A stretch of DNA of 63,893 nt, the filler included, from Folioceros fuciformis (taxonomy: Eukaryota), in assembly GCA_049999805.1 (NCBI GenBank). It is 6 parts of 6 records of this genome, joined end to end, with 100 filler letters (N's around TTAATTAATTAA, not from the genome) between each part and the next. Parts side by side here need not be neighbours in the genome. Positions count along the whole stretch, not along the records: positions 1 to 14,501 come from JBNGIO010003186.1; 5 more parts are not named here. One strand, 5' to 3'. Below are positions 1 to 11,397 of this stretch, piece by piece. The translations under genes and the position numbers were made by a program. Under the pieces are notes generated by a model. The model did no database searches and was not told the origin of the DNA. It worked only from the letters and a program-made list of their open reading frames with translations. Positions within the stretch are counted from its first letter, which is position 1. Every line of letters begins with the position of its first letter.

Positions 1-140
1 CGGCTGCAACCCCTGCCTCTAGCTCTAGCTAGGGCATGGCCTCCACAACCGTTCATGCCAGCCAAGCAATCAGCCAGCCTATCGTCAGACCCTGACCCCT
101 GACACTAACATACCCAGATACCCGTTCCTATGTTCAAACC

Positions 141-185
141 ATTATTATATTATTATATTATTATATTATTATTATATTATTATTT
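141..185. repeat. (ATATT)n microsatellite
   Basis: About 8 tandem copies of attat/atatt are visible. Confidence 0.9.
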
Positions 186-476
186 AATCATTTAATATTA
201 TAGATCTTTAATTAATATTAAACTAATCACCCAACCCTATGGCCTGGTACCGAACCTAATCCTTCCCAGCTCTGGGACCAAACCTATACCCACTCTTATA
301 ACCAAACCCACTATTTCCTGGTCAATTAACCCAATTAGCACAAAGAAAAATAGGAAAAATGACCAGAAAATCAAGGAAAATTAGGGAAAATAAGTTGAAA
401 AAGAAAACCAAACCATACCACTATTAACCCTTTTTCAACCAAAACAAACTACTACCCCAAACTTTGGAGGTTCACA

Positions 477-3400
477 GGAGCTCACACCAAAAAAAACCTT
501 CCCTCATAATGACAAGCCTGGCCTCTTATACTCCCTTGGCCAGGAACGCCCTGTCACTACCTAACTAGGTCAGCACGCCTCAGACAGAACTCTCAACTCG
601 TCAAAACCCTAACCCTAACTTCGACCTACTCCTAACCCTAGCTCTAATCTAACCTAACTCTGACCTAACCTGACTTTGACCTAACCTTAATCCACCCTAA
701 TCCTAACCACGACCTAGAAGGGCTTATGCCCCTGGTTGCTCCTATAAAAAATAATCAACCTCTCAAAACTACCAAAAATCGTCAGTGCCTCTCGATACTC
801 TCTTCCTCTCTCTCCGATCCTCTCCTTTCCCTCACATCATGTGCAATTCTTCAGAGACCCCACCCTCTTCAGATCCTTCCCTCCATTCTGCTGGCCAAGG
901 CCCATGACCTGGCAGAGCTACCCATCTAGTGCCCTTGCGTGGGCACCTTGTGAGCTTGGCACTAGAAGCGACAACCCACCATCTCTACCAACATAACCAT
1001 CACTGGGCTTCCCACCTATTAGCAGCACACCTGTACTAGGCTTTCCGCCTACAAGCAGCCAAGCGTGCTGCTCGTGGATGGAAAGCCAAAGGGCACTTAT
1101 GTCATCTGGCTGACCACAGGACAAGAGAGATGCATTACTCCTGACTCCAATACTTGGATGGGGCAGTTCGCAGGTCCCTCAGCTTTGTCTGCATGCATTC
1201 TCCTGGCGGGCTGCGCCCCTTGACTCCGATACCTGGATGGGGCAGTTCGCAGGTCCCTCGGCTTTGTCTGCACTTATTCTCCTGGTGGGCTGCGCCCCCA
1301 ACGTTTGTCCAAGCCACCGTAGCCTCCCTGCTTGAAGCCTGACTCGAGCTGCTTCCCCTCCACCTTGTCCCTGAATCCCCAACTTCTAGCCCCGCCCCCT
1401 TGATCCAATCTCTAGGGGTCTGGTTGGCCCTTTCCACCTCAGCCAGCCGCCGTCTGCTCAATTCTAACCCAAACCCGGCCTTTGCAGCCTGGCTGCTTAT
1501 GCCGTGATTCAGCCAGCCCCTCGACCAGCCACAATCTTACCACCCGCCATCTGCTTGAGCCCCTCGTTCCTGCTTGGATTCCACCGGCACCCTGCTTGTG
1601 ATCCTGCCACCGACTAGCCATCAGCTAGGATATTGATTCAGCTTGCTCGGTGCCGACCCTCATCCTAGCTAGTCAGCCATCCTGCTAAACACAACCCAGG
1701 CCAGCCTACAACACAATCCAAGCTAGCCTACCATGGTTGCCTGGATCCTGCCACCCCGGCCCCGCTCAGCCCCAGCAATTCGGCCAGGCTTAGATTCTCC
1801 ACCAACCAGCTAGTCTACTAGACTGATCCTGGCACCCGCTTGCTCGGAGCGCCGGTCACCTGGAGGCTAGCGCTCCCCTCTGATCCCCTGGCCGACTGAA
1901 TCCGGCCCCAGCCGTCTGGAGCCCTTCCTCCCACGCAGTCAGCCTTCAGCGCCAGGCCGCCTGCACCGAGGCCACACACCGGCCTCCTGCCTTCCCGATA
2001 TAGCCAAGCAGCCAGCTTGCTTGGTTGCTTGGTTCCTGCAACCAGCCACTGCCCAGCTTCCCCAGCTGCCTTGCTGCCTAATCAATCCTGCCCACCACCC
2101 GGTCGCATGCCATCCACTGCCGCTGCTGGTTGCCTGTAGCCCGATCTACTGGGCGAGCTGCTGCTTGCCGGTCCCCATACTGACGGTTGGGCTACCTGCC
2201 AGCCAACCAGCCCCCCACCTCAACCGTCTATCCGTCGTTGCTTCCCTAGATCCAATATACCTGCGACCCGGATTCTGCCCGCCTCCTGGATCAGGCAGCA
2301 TTGCCTGGCTGCCTGCTCCTCAACCAATTGTTGCTAGGCCAGCCACCTACCAGGATTCCCCCCGGCCTGGACTTCCCCCAGCCGCCTGCCTGCCGATTCC
2401 AGATCCAGCAGCTACTGAGCCGCCTGCCGGCCTGAATTTCCTCCAGCCCACCGGCCTGCTCCCGGCGGCTGCCTGGCCAGATCTGCCTGCAGGTTCGCCT
2501 ATCAGCCAGCCGTGACCAGCTAGCTAGCCCAGGCGGATCGAATGCCGCCCGCCTGCCTCCAACCACAACTAGTCCGGGTGCCCAGCCAGGCTGCCTGCAC
2601 CCCGCCTGGTAGATGCATGGCCAGACCCGGCTTCAAGCAGGCACGCCCTATCTAATCCGCTCCTCCTGCTGGACCTAGCCCACAGCCTGCCTGGGTCCAC
2701 TCTAGCCTCATTCGCAACCAGCCGATGGCGGCGCTTACCTGCGGCCTAGATCATGCCGAGGCTCGCTTGGCCTGGATTTCCTCTTGGCCAGGTTCCCCCT
2801 GGCCAGCCAGCCCCTGTTGGCCAGCCACCTGCCAGGCCTGGCTGTTCCTCAGTTGTAGGCAACCCGCAAGCTTGGTTGCTCCTCAACAGCCGGCCGCTTG
2901 TGCTATTGGCAACCTACCTGCCCCTCAGCGGCCGAGCCACTGCTGCCCATCCACCCACCAGGCCGCCTGCCGGCAGGCTAGATCCTCAGCTGCTGCTACT
3001 GCTGCCAGTCGCATGCAGCCAGGCCGCTGCTGGCCCGGCCATCCTCCAAGCCCTTGCTGGCCTGCCTGCCCTCCTAGATCTGGCCAGGCAGCTAGCCCGC
3101 AGGCCTGCTTGCTGCCTGCTGGCTAGGCTCCTCAGCAGCCAACCGGCCCTTGGCCTCCTCCTGGCTCCAACCTGGCTCAGATCCAACATGGCTAACTTGC
3201 CAGCCCCATCCTTAGCCCGGGTCCGGCCCCGGTCTGGTACACCTACGGATCTAGCTCCGCCGCCTGGCCTGGATCCGGTGCTCCCCTGTCCGTGGTTGCC
3301 TGCTTGCCCCGCAACCGTTGGGTTGGCTGGCCAGGTAGCTAGCCACCATCTTGTCTCCTGTCCTGTAGCCGGGCCGAGCTAGCCTCCTGGCCAAGCCCTT

Positions 3401-4140
3401 CAGCAACCCTCTCCCTGTCGGCGGTTCTCCCGGTAGCTGCAGCCATCAGCGCCCAGCCCGGCCAACCACGCCCCGCCTGGCTAGCTCCTGGCTGGCTAGA
3501 TCCGACTGGCAAGCCAACCGTACCCGCCAACCAGCCCCTGTATGGCTCTGCCTCGACCAGCCGGCTGGCTCCACTAGCCAGACCGCAGAACCACTGCAGC
3601 TCAGCCACCTGCCCGACCAGCCTTGTCTGGCCCATCCTCGACCAACCGGCCGGTCTACTGGATGGCTGGATCTGGCCGCAAGGCAGCCAAACCCGATGGC
3701 CAGGCCCCTGCCATCCTGCCGTCAACGCAACCAACTGGTCGCACCGCCGGGCCGCTACTGGCCCGGCCACCCTCAAGGCCGCCTGCCATACCGACTTGCC
3801 CTTCCGGATCCGGCCAGGCAGGTGGTCCAGATAGCCAGCATGCTGGTTGCCTACTGCTTGGCCGCGGCCCAGCCAACCTACCCACGAGACCCAGCCGGCC
3901 CCAACCTGGCTCCGATGTTGGCTTGTCCAGCTGCCTACACTCAAGGTCCTCAGCCCCCGGCGCACCTGGGGCAGAGGCCAGGGCAAGTCTAGGCACCCCC
4001 ATGCCTATCCCCAACCCCCACCCGCACGCTCCCGAGGCCCCAACTCGCCCTCACACGCCCAACTTAGGGTTCCACACACGCCGGCACCCCTCCCCACGGG
4101 CACACCCCACCCGCTACTTCGCTCTCTCCACGGGTTAGCT
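477..4140 (+). mobile_element. C-rich, GC-rich dispersed repeat (probably non-coding part of a retrotransposon)
   Basis: 477-935 matches the reverse complement of ~42975-43375. 2127-2445 matches 60827-61150 directly. 3610-3790 matches the reverse complement of ~40665-40860. Its ORFs are low-complexity P/A/L/W and have no recognisable domain. Confidence 0.7.
1142..1299. repeat. Tandem duplication, 2 x ~79 bp
   Basis: tgactcc..tacytggatggggcagttcgcaggtccctc.gctttgtctgca...attctcctgg.gggctgcgcccc occurs twice, back to back. Confidence 0.85.
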
Positions 4141-4344
4141 AAACGATGGTTCACCTTATGAACTCCACCACCGCTATCTCCTGATCAGCCTATCAAATCT
4201 AGTCCTATTTAACCTAGTTTCCTAATTCCAAGGAATCCAATCAAAATTCAAAAAAAAAAAAAATGCTACCACTTTTCTATGAGATCTATCTACCATGTGA
4301 TCTCCACACTCACTACAAAATAACAGGCCCATATCATGAGTCTA

Positions 4345-4740
4345 CTGCTAAAATACAAGGATTGTTTTGCCTTCTCCATCAAGGAATTGAAACGTTGCAA
4401 TGTGACAGTTTTTCACATCAAGCTGATCACTCACAAGCCCATCTACAAGCGGCGTTACTGGCTCAGTCAAACAAAGTGGGAAATGGTGGATGCACGATGT
4501 TAGGAATTATTAGAAGCTAGGCTCATCTGTCCCTCCAACTCAAACTACGCGATTGCAACAATCATGCCTTCAAAGAAGGATAGCAACGAGATGTGGACAG
4601 AAAAATGGATGTGTGGGGACTATCGTCCTATCAACGTTGTGATTGCTTAGGGCCCATGTCCATGCCAACCCCGTAGGAGATCTTTTATAGCATTGGCAAT
4701 TCAATGTTCTTCTCCATACTTGATCTTTGACAGGGATTTA
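4345..4740 (+). pseudogene. Ty3/Gypsy reverse transcriptase fragment (stops, frameshift)
   Basis: Manual translation gives KYKDCFAFSIKEL...KPIYKRRYWLS...ELLEARLICPSNSNYA...KKD...MCGDYRPIN, then MPTP*EIFYSIGNSMFFSILDL*QGF. These are Gypsy RT N-terminal motifs. Confidence 0.85.
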
Positions 4741-6050
4741 GGAGTGATAGGTAGTTTTGGGAATGATATTCGAGGAGGCTTATCTACTTTTGGCCTTTGG
4801 CTCTCGTCATGTTGTTCCTCCTCATTTTTGAGGTAGATGGGATTTTTCATGTCTTTTAACTTTGTGTGTGTGTATATGTATATATATATATATATATACA
4901 TACTACCTAATTTTGTATTATTTCTATGGAATACTGAGAAATGAATGGAAAATAATCAAAGTTAAAAGACATATAATAGCATATTTACGTATATATATGG
5001 AAAACTCTAAAAGTTATATCTAGAGGAAAGAGAATATCTTACGTTAAAAAACAAATTATGGACCATATAACCTATATATAATATATCTTTACTCAAATAG
5101 TAAAATAAGAACTTGCACTATTCTTCTTGTCATGATTAGAAACGACTAAACTTCTGGCACGTGTCTGCTTAGCTCCAATTTATCTGCATCACTAAGGGAA
5201 TCTCTCCATCTTTTTGTAACCTGCATAAATAGAGTTCTTTTTTAGATAAGTTTAGATCTTATGAATAGTATCAATATATAACTAATTTTCTAAAGTATAT
5301 ATTTTCCAAAAACTAAATCAATCCATGAAAAAAAGAAGAAGTAGAAATTGGAAAGGAAGCATGAAATCTATTGCACAATTATTTCTATTTATTTTTACAT
5401 GTTGTGGTGGGAAAATCCCAAGACCCCTAGAGCTCTTCCAATAGCAACCACACTTATCTCACTATCACTTCGTATAATAGATTTCATTCCTTCAAAGGAA
5501 TATTTGCTCAATTCTATATGAATCGACCTCCCTTTCACCTCAACTACTTAGTTTGCGGCTATACCTCTTCCAAAACTTTAAAAATCGTGCTATATTGTAA
5601 CCCAATCACAACAACTTGCGCCTATAGGTCCTGACCTATGATCGTAGGTGCACCAATGGCAAACGTGAAGACCCCGTATGTCACTACAAAACTTTTCCAC
5701 CCTCATTGAGGATCAAGGTCTCCAATAAAGTGGAGAGAGTTTCTGGTCTCTAACATCTTAGAGAGAAAAAAGCTTGCTTCAAATCCTGAAACCCTCTATA
5801 TAGTGGTTTTTCTTGAAGTAAGGAATGGATTTCTGTCTGAAGTTCAAGGATTCCATTGCAAAATATCTATATTTAAGTGAATTTCAAAAAGACCAAGTAT
5901 TGCTTAATGACCCTCTTCAGTCCAAGAACTTTCATGAGATGCACCCTTTTTGTATATTATAGGCTTTTCATGTGATTTAAGATAGACCACTAACAACATT
6001 GTCCTGCATATCTATGACCTATGCACTTTTTGGGAGAGTGGGGATCACAT

Positions 6051-6700
6051 TGCGGTGGCAAAACCCAGGCACCAGACTATTGAGGAGGGGCTTTTGTTGC
6101 CTCTAGTGTCCACACTTATCCCACTATCCTTGAGACGTTGGGTTTTGTTCCCATGAAGGAGCGATGGAGTTTCTCTCTTTCTATTTGTCGGATGGATGGA
6201 GGGTCTACCTTTCTTACTACCTCAACTCCTAAGCAAATACTATCTTGTCCTAGCCCATATGTCCCACCCAACCGGATAGACAGTTGGGTCAGCTTCTCAA
6301 CCAAGCCACAAACAATTCATAGACTGATGCTACGTCAAATTCTTCTCACGGCCAGTTCTCACATTAACAACCTCAGACAGTCTACCAGATCTCAAAATGC
6401 CTTCTAAAGACTATGTTCTATCAATTGGACAGATTGCCTAAACACTTGTACAACTCACACACCTTTGGTGTCGGATTTGAGGGCTCCCCTCCAAATCCGA
6501 TTAGCGTAGGACAAATTGTCTATCCAACACTCCTTAGTGCTTTTCCTTTAGCAACCAACAAGACTTCTACCCCTACTCATCCTAATGAGTCCTCCCTATT
6601 GGGCAAGAGTCTCTTAACTAGGCTACCACCGAGAGAGAAAAGAGGGAAACACACTCCCCTTATCGATACCTCTTCCTCACAACCTTACTAGACACCATGA
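6051..6700 (+). mobile_element. LTR-like repeat, copy 1 (same family as 14219-14501)
   Basis: Starts TG(C/T)GG(T/A)GGCAAAACCC and shares ccacacttatccca...ttgagac.ttgggtt..gttccca.gaaggagcgatgg and gagggctcccctc...gcgtaggacaa with 14219-14420. The 3' end is approximate. Confidence 0.6.
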
Positions 6701-7934
6701 AACATGGCTAGCACACAACACTTGTTCAACTAAGTGGACAAAATAAGAGACCAAGACATATCCTTCACAATCAAGAGTCATGGGCTTAGCCCTTTACCTT
6801 GGCCACTTCACCTCATGATCCCACTAACCATTGTGCAAACACACAACCGACACCATCACTTGTCCTGGACCAAGCATGGACATACCAAAAGGGCAAAGCA
6901 TGACAACATGAGTTCTAGGGACTTGCTATACTTTATAGGAGCCCCTCTCTCCTACGTCATCTCTCTTGTAGGATAATTTTTATTTTAATAAGTCAACTAG
7001 GCTAGTAGACTATCACCAGCCACTAATTTAGACTTTTATAGTATCTATCCTGCCATTAGAATTAACAAGCCAACCATACCACCTGCTAACCCTACCACCA
7101 CAAGTATCTTCAACCTATAAAAATATTCTAAACATTGAATGCTGACTAATCTCTTTAGATCCTATGGGCACCGCCTTTTAGAGATTGCTTCCTTGACCTC
7201 CTTATTTTACTAACCCGCTATTATGATGACCTATCCCCTAGACAATTAGATCTATCATCCGAACCGTCACTTCCATTTCACTTACAACCACTTTCTGCGC
7301 TTCCTACAACAACTGTCTCACATCCATCCCGTTTGAAAGTCCTTCAACAGCCCAATCAATTCCAAAAATTAGTCTATTGACCTCCAGTCAGTAGGTATGT
7401 TAATCCATATGTAGATGCCAAAAAGCCATGAACATGAGAAATTCTTCTAGATTAAATTTTTGGAGTAATTCTTCGATGGTCCAAATATAGTTTCAAACCA
7501 AAGTAGTCCTTCGAACCAAGTCTGTTATGCTACCAAACTGGTCTGCCACTCCTGATAAGACCAAAAGTTTGGACCAGAAGCCGAGTTGCCCTACGGACTG
7601 TGACGCAAATATTTAGTCCAACCAAACTTCCGAATGTATTAACTGGACTTCCGTGGAAAGAGAGTATGCACCATCATCTCCATCTTCTAGGTTTTTCTCA
7701 AGGCATGTCGTGACACCGATCATGTACGAGCTTCACAAAGGAGTATGGAGAAAGGAACTCCGACCTAAGAGGGGGAAGGGGGAAGGTCTACCGTACATGT
7801 ACCGCATTGTGAGGCTTCTGGAAGGAGGGAGTCGTGTGGCAAGGCGGTGGAACGAGCCTCCAATGCTTGTGAAAGAGTGCAACTCTAGCCCACTAAACTA
7901 GGCATAAGGTTTTAGTGACGTTTCATGAAAGACA

Positions 7935-8870
7935 TGTTAATAATAAGGGGTTATTTTAGTATAACCTACCTTAGGGTTAATTAACCATAGTTATGAAAAG
8001 ACACTTTGTATATAATACCTTTTTTTTTGTTGAGTTTAATTAATTGTCATTTTATGCAACTTGTGCACTAGCATCTTTTCTTCTAGCATGGTATCAGAGC
8101 CCATGCATTTTTATCTAGTAGTCCTATGGCTAATTGTAGAAGAAGATTGTCTCTACTTCTATTGTCTAGCATAGAGTGCTACTTAGAGTGTTAAAATGCA
8201 TTTATGCTAGTGAATTTTGTGCAGGATGACGAGGAGAAGGGGAAGCTATTGTTCTTCTAGCTTCAGGCCTTCACAAGGCCAAAGATTGCAGAGAGAGCAG
8301 CAATCCCCACTACAGTCACCTACATTCTACTCTACAAACCCACAATTTCACTGTGCTAGGGGTAGTAGGTGCCCACCTCCTTGCTTGCATCCTGCACAAC
8401 ACAATTCCTACAGAATTGCTGTTGAGAGGGTCAATTCAGGTGCTCGAGATATTCAGAGGCATCTTCTCCAACAAATGAACAACAGGCTGGTTTGGCTTGA
8501 TCAAGTACCTGAAAGAATTGAGGCTTTGGAGGATCGTTTGGGATTTTTGCTGTTAATTTTGCAAGATGTTTCTGCAATAGTTAATAGATTGTATGAATTT
8601 CAAATTGCACCTGCACAGTCTACTTCTAATCAGTCCAATTTTGCTAATTTTCAAGCAAATTTGGGTCATCAATCTAGTTGATACCTTCATATAGCAAAAG
8701 CCACAGCCTGATTTGAAAGGTTGTGATGAAAGGGTGCCTGCAAAAAGCACCAGCAACTGCCAAAGTTAGTTCCTTTTGATTGGTTGGCAGTTAGGGTTTT
8801 GGCCTTTAATACAATCTTTGGCTTATCTCTTTATACAATCTCTTATCGCTATATACAATCTTGGCGAAGA
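7935..8870 (+). mobile_element. LTR element A, 5' part (LTR ~7935-8088, PBS 8089-8100, extra ORF), truncated
   Basis: A TGTTA...TAGCA-bounded AT-rich segment is followed immediately by TGGTATCAGAGC (PBS for initiator tRNA-Met). No gag was recognised downstream. Confidence 0.7.
8226..8681 (+). CDS. Accessory ORF of LTR element A (basic N-terminus, C-terminal coiled coil)
   Basis: Open frame MTRRRGSY...LQQMNNRLVWLDQVPERIEALEDRLGFLLLILQDVSAIVNRLY starts 126 bp after the PBS. Confidence 0.5.
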   Translation: MTRRRGSYCSSSFRPSQGQRLQREQQSPLQSPTFYSTNPQFHCARGSRCPPPCLHPAQHNSYRIAVERVNSGARDIQRHLLQQMNNRLVWLDQVPERIEALEDRLGFLLLILQDVSAIVNRLYEFQIAPAQSTSNQSNFANFQANLGHQSS

Positions 8871-9409
8871 ACACCCCATCACTCTCCACCATGGTCAACA
8901 TTAGTTCACAGGCTTAAAAATATTTCACACACCCGCCAAGAACCTAAACCCTAACTCCAGCCTATGGGAAACTGCTAGCTGGCCTTTTCAGACTCATTAC
9001 TAGTTCCCCCCTAAACTGGTCTACAGCCACTTCCTTGCAATTACTCCACCTTCCCCATCTCCCCCCTCAAGTCATCCTAGCCTTCTTCAAAGCCTCAAGC
9101 CCCCATCCTCCTGGCCAAACTGGCCAAGGAGATTCGCCATGCAGCTGTCATGATGATTGAACTGCTGCACTCAACACATTAGCTTCATGTCCTTGCTCTC
9201 TAATTTGTGCGTGAAGCTACTTCCCCTTCCTTAATGTTGCAGCTCGCACACTTGTAGTACTTGGCTTCCATATCCTTGCTCCGTAATCTGTGGGGAGATG
9301 CAACAAGCCTCCTTTGAGTTCACATCCCCACTCCAGCAGCTCCACAAATGTAACGCCTTTACCACACAGCCTCACGTTCGCGTCCACGTTCTTTTGCAGC
9401 AAACGTAGG

Positions 9410-10300
9410 AGGTCATGCAAGTCTTGGGCATGGCAGACATAGCCCTGAGCAGCTTGTAGAGCTGCCCCAAGGGAGGCTGAATTTGGGCGTTGAGCTGGAA
9501 ATATAAGGCTGCCAAACACTTGAGCCATGAGCTTGAGGAGATGCTGATTAGTCGATCTACCACCGGTTGCAATCACACACTTAGGCAAGCTGGGCATCCC
9601 GATCCTCTCGCGTGTGCTTGCATGGACAAAAACTAGCCTTCTTCTAGCACCCTCACCTCGGCTGGAGCATCGAATGGCATACCTACCGCGTGAGCCACCC
9701 CATGCACAAACCAATGAGTCTTGGCAGGAAGCGGAGGCAGAATTTCCGACTCGGTATGGAAGAAGCCGACCTGGCCGTTGTTCAATGCTGGGTTCCGGTC
9801 TAGTAGTTGATTGAACTCCTCCCCCCACCTCCTGATCTTGCACCAGCTCCCAAGTCAGAGACCCATTCCTGTAGCACAACATGGCCATGTAACAAGACAG
9901 ATCCACCGGGTTGGGAAACAGGTCCTTCCATGCTTGGGTCATGGTATTGTGTGATGCCAAACACGGTGTTGCTCGTTCCCAAGCTCACGACTAGATCCCC
10001 TGGCCTATTCAATGCCAAGCCGGCCAAGGAGCAGGGGCTGTCCCTGCTCCAGTGCACCACTTGGCAATCCTCCCAGAAACCATAGCTTCGCATGGAGTAG
10101 GAGCTCAATGGTCTCGCTACCGCATGCGGATGAGCAGGATACCCGAGTTTGTCTCTCAGCCCCAGTGCGGTGCGTGCAACGCCTCCTCATACCACTCCTG
10201 CTCTGTCCTCCAGCACATGCTCTCAACTCTACACCCCACATCACTTGCACCTGCCGCAACCTTGAATCCATTGCGTGCTCCAGGAACTTGGCCAGCACCA
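9410..10300 (-). pseudogene. Xylulose kinase (FGGY family, XK-2 type) pseudogene fragment
   Basis: Frameshifted pieces match plant xylulokinase: VVHWSRDSPCSLAGLALNRPGDLVVSLGTSNTVFGIT; FPNPVDLSCYMAMLCYRNGSLT; VIATGGRSTNQHLLKLMAQVFG...RPNSASLGAALQAAQG. Confidence 0.85.
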
Positions 10301-10302
10301 CA

Positions 10303-10661
10303 TGATGAAATATAATAGGTATAGGGCACTAGTCACTAGGGCACCTTTACTTAAACATTATTAAATGTCTAGGGCAACAAGTAGTTTCCTTAGGTAGTTA
10401 GTAGTTAGTAGTTATAACAACTTATTGTTATAACAACGTATTGTTATAACAACGTATTGTTATAACAACTTATTGTTATAACAACTTATTGTTATAACAA
10501 CGTATTATTATAACAACTTATTGTTATAACAACGTATTGTTATAACAACTTATTGTTATAACCGCCTTCTAGGCTTCTATATAAACACTTTAGACTTCTT
10601 ATTATGTAATGCAACTCTACAAGACTCTTTTGCAAAGTACATTTGTGCGTGATTCTCATCA
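10303..10661 (+). repeat. 5' LTR of Copia B
   Basis: 6-bp terminal inverted repeat TGATGA/TCATCA, TATA-like CTATATAAA ~10577, and the PBS directly adjacent. Confidence 0.85.
10411..10562. repeat. 16-bp tandem array with palindromic core TTGTTATAACAA (~9.5 copies) inside the LTR
   Basis: Unit ttgttataacaac(g/t)ta is read directly. Confidence 0.95.
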
Positions 10662-10842
10662 TGGTATCAGAGCATCCTGCTCTAGATGTTTGAGCACCTT
10701 GCTTGCCTCTCCTATAAGCATGAATTCTTTTGTGCATTACTAATTTTGCAGCATGGAATTTTGGCTTGGAGGAGACTTTACAATTATGCTCATCGTATTT
10801 TTATGATGCACAAATTGTGCATCATCTTCTTAACTCCTTCTC

Positions 10843-11385
10843 ATGGGGCAAGGAAGTAGGAGGAGATTGAAGGCTGCATCAAGGGAGAATGCAATCAATT
10901 TCAATAATTCCGACAAATTTATAGATCTAATTGAAAGAGATTCTAAATTTATTGGCAATTTTATTGGTGCTATCCTTATAAAATCAGAGAATCAAGGAGA
11001 GTTGATTGAGGTGGCTAAGAGAGATTTACTTACTTGTTTTAGCTTATCACAAGTAGAATCTCTTGTTCTAGCACTCCAACTCATTCCTAATCTACGTGCT
11101 GGTCCTGTTGTGATAAGTAGCACAGATTCTTTGCAGCCCCTCCTTCAATCTATCAAAATAAATTCAGAACTTAGACATAATGTCATTAGTGGACAGTTGT
11201 CGTCTTTGGCGCGTGCCATCAATCATTTAGCTGAATGCATTGAAGACTTAAATACTAAAATGTCTAAAAGTTCCTTGCGGAAATTCACATTTTTACCTGC
11301 AGATTTTGTTTTTGATATGATTGGAGCATCCTTTGGTGAAATCTCCTCCAAGACAGCACGCACACGACATACTCGTGGCCTTTAA
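10843..11385 (+). CDS. Extra 180-aa ORF between PBS and gag of Copia B
   Basis: Intact frame MGQGSRRRLK...GQLSSLARAINHLAECIEDLNTKM. It is in the same frame as gag (ATG 11398) and separated from it by one TAA. Confidence 0.55.
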   Translation: MGQGSRRRLKAASRENAINFNNSDKFIDLIERDSKFIGNFIGAILIKSENQGELIEVAKRDLLTCFSLSQVESLVLALQLIPNLRAGPVVISSTDSLQPLLQSIKINSELRHNVISGQLSSLARAINHLAECIEDLNTKMSKSSLRKFTFLPADFVFDMIGASFGEISSKTARTRHTRGL

Positions 11386-11397
11386 ACATTACCTGCC

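Noticed and set aside
2021-4161. Many overlapping 100-215 aa ORFs on both strands (also 40518-42154, 60826-62250)
   Set aside because: Expected from stop-poor GC-rich repeat DNA; low-complexity translations; frames are not maintained between copies.
10411-10562. Possible CRISPR-like array of palindromic repeats
   Set aside because: No unique spacers (only 4-bp CGTA/CTTA), eukaryotic LTR context, no cas genes.
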